Below are positions 63,340 to 64,000 of a stretch of DNA of 64,000 bases, piece by piece. The notes beneath the pieces are model-generated. The model had not been told where the DNA came from, ran no database searches, and was given only the letters and a program-made list of their open reading frames with translations. Both the position numbers and the translations under genes were made by a program. Source of the stretch: Octopus bimaculoides (lineage: Eukaryota); NCBI RefSeq assembly GCF_001194135.2, contig NC_068982.1, positions 57,842,514 through 57,906,513 on the forward strand, given 5' to 3'. The number at the start of each line of letters is the position of its first letter. The first letter of the stretch is position 1.

Positions 63340-64000
63340 TTACATATGGCTAAGGAACAAGACAGCTGAAATCAGCAACATCAAATAAATGGGTAAGAGA
63401 AATAGGATAATTGCTTCTTAAAATCTGCACTTTGTACCATTATACACACACACACACACATGTGCACACACATACACGCACGCATACACAGAAAGTATAG
63501 AGAGTCCTCTTTTGATTTTCTTGATCCTTCCATTTGATGTGGCACCAAGAAGGTTTTCTGCAGGGGTTAGTTAGGAAGTGGGGAGGGGGTGAAGAGAAAG
63601 CAAGGGAGGGGTCTTTTTTCCTTGACTTAAGATCATAAGGATGAAGAAAGGTTGTAATCAGTGGACCTACAGGTGTTGGCAAGTGATTGTTAGGATTGTT
63701 GACGAGAGCATTTCCTTTGGCTGTCAATGATTAAGCATGCTCAGCACCAACGCTTTTTCGCATGTTATCGCACCGTCACAGCCCCTTCCCCCACCCACCT
63801 ATCTAGAACCATATGGAAGTCCTGGTAAATTCATTAGACAGCAGGAATACATCTCAACAGTGCCTAACTGCACAAGTTAAGCTGTTCTCCCGACAAACAG
63901 CATGAATATAACACAGACTGGTCGGTTAATTCTCACAAATACTGTCGTCTCATTTTGTGCAGTCCTATCTCAACCTTGATCAAAGACATTCTAGGTGTGA

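Noticed and set aside
63642-63686. Walker A-like peptide RKVVISGPTGVGK
   Set aside because: Bounded by in-frame stops on both sides with no usable acceptor; a match of this size is plausible by chance in six frames

Overview
AT-rich, repeat-dominated eukaryotic DNA with many N gaps, mostly flanked by (TA)n. The SINE families and microsatellite load suggest an octopus genome (inference from recognition, not a database search). No host protein-coding gene could be supported; nearly all listed ORFs are microsatellite or gap artefacts. The window holds several tRNA-derived SINE families (a bipartite family 'A' with an internal microsatellite, family 'B', and CORE-type OR1/OR2-like SINEs), RTE and CR1 LINE fragments, a Tc1 with perfect 31-bp TIRs, a D34D mariner fragment, and piggyBac- and hAT-type MITEs. 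The best unexplained signal is two minimal type I hammerhead-ribozyme motifs of the Penelope-like kind (3544-3624 + and 21585-21633 -). They have unrelated but fully paired stem II sequences and share a non-canonical A-A at the base of stem II; one sits in an inverted-repeat, pLTR-like structure. Other notable items: a V-SINE-like domain inside RTE LINE 3' UTRs, a short bipartite RTE derivative with a TSD, a 101-bp foldback and a SINE-born 32-bp minisatellite. All alignments and folds were done by eye; SINE/LINE boundaries are approximate.
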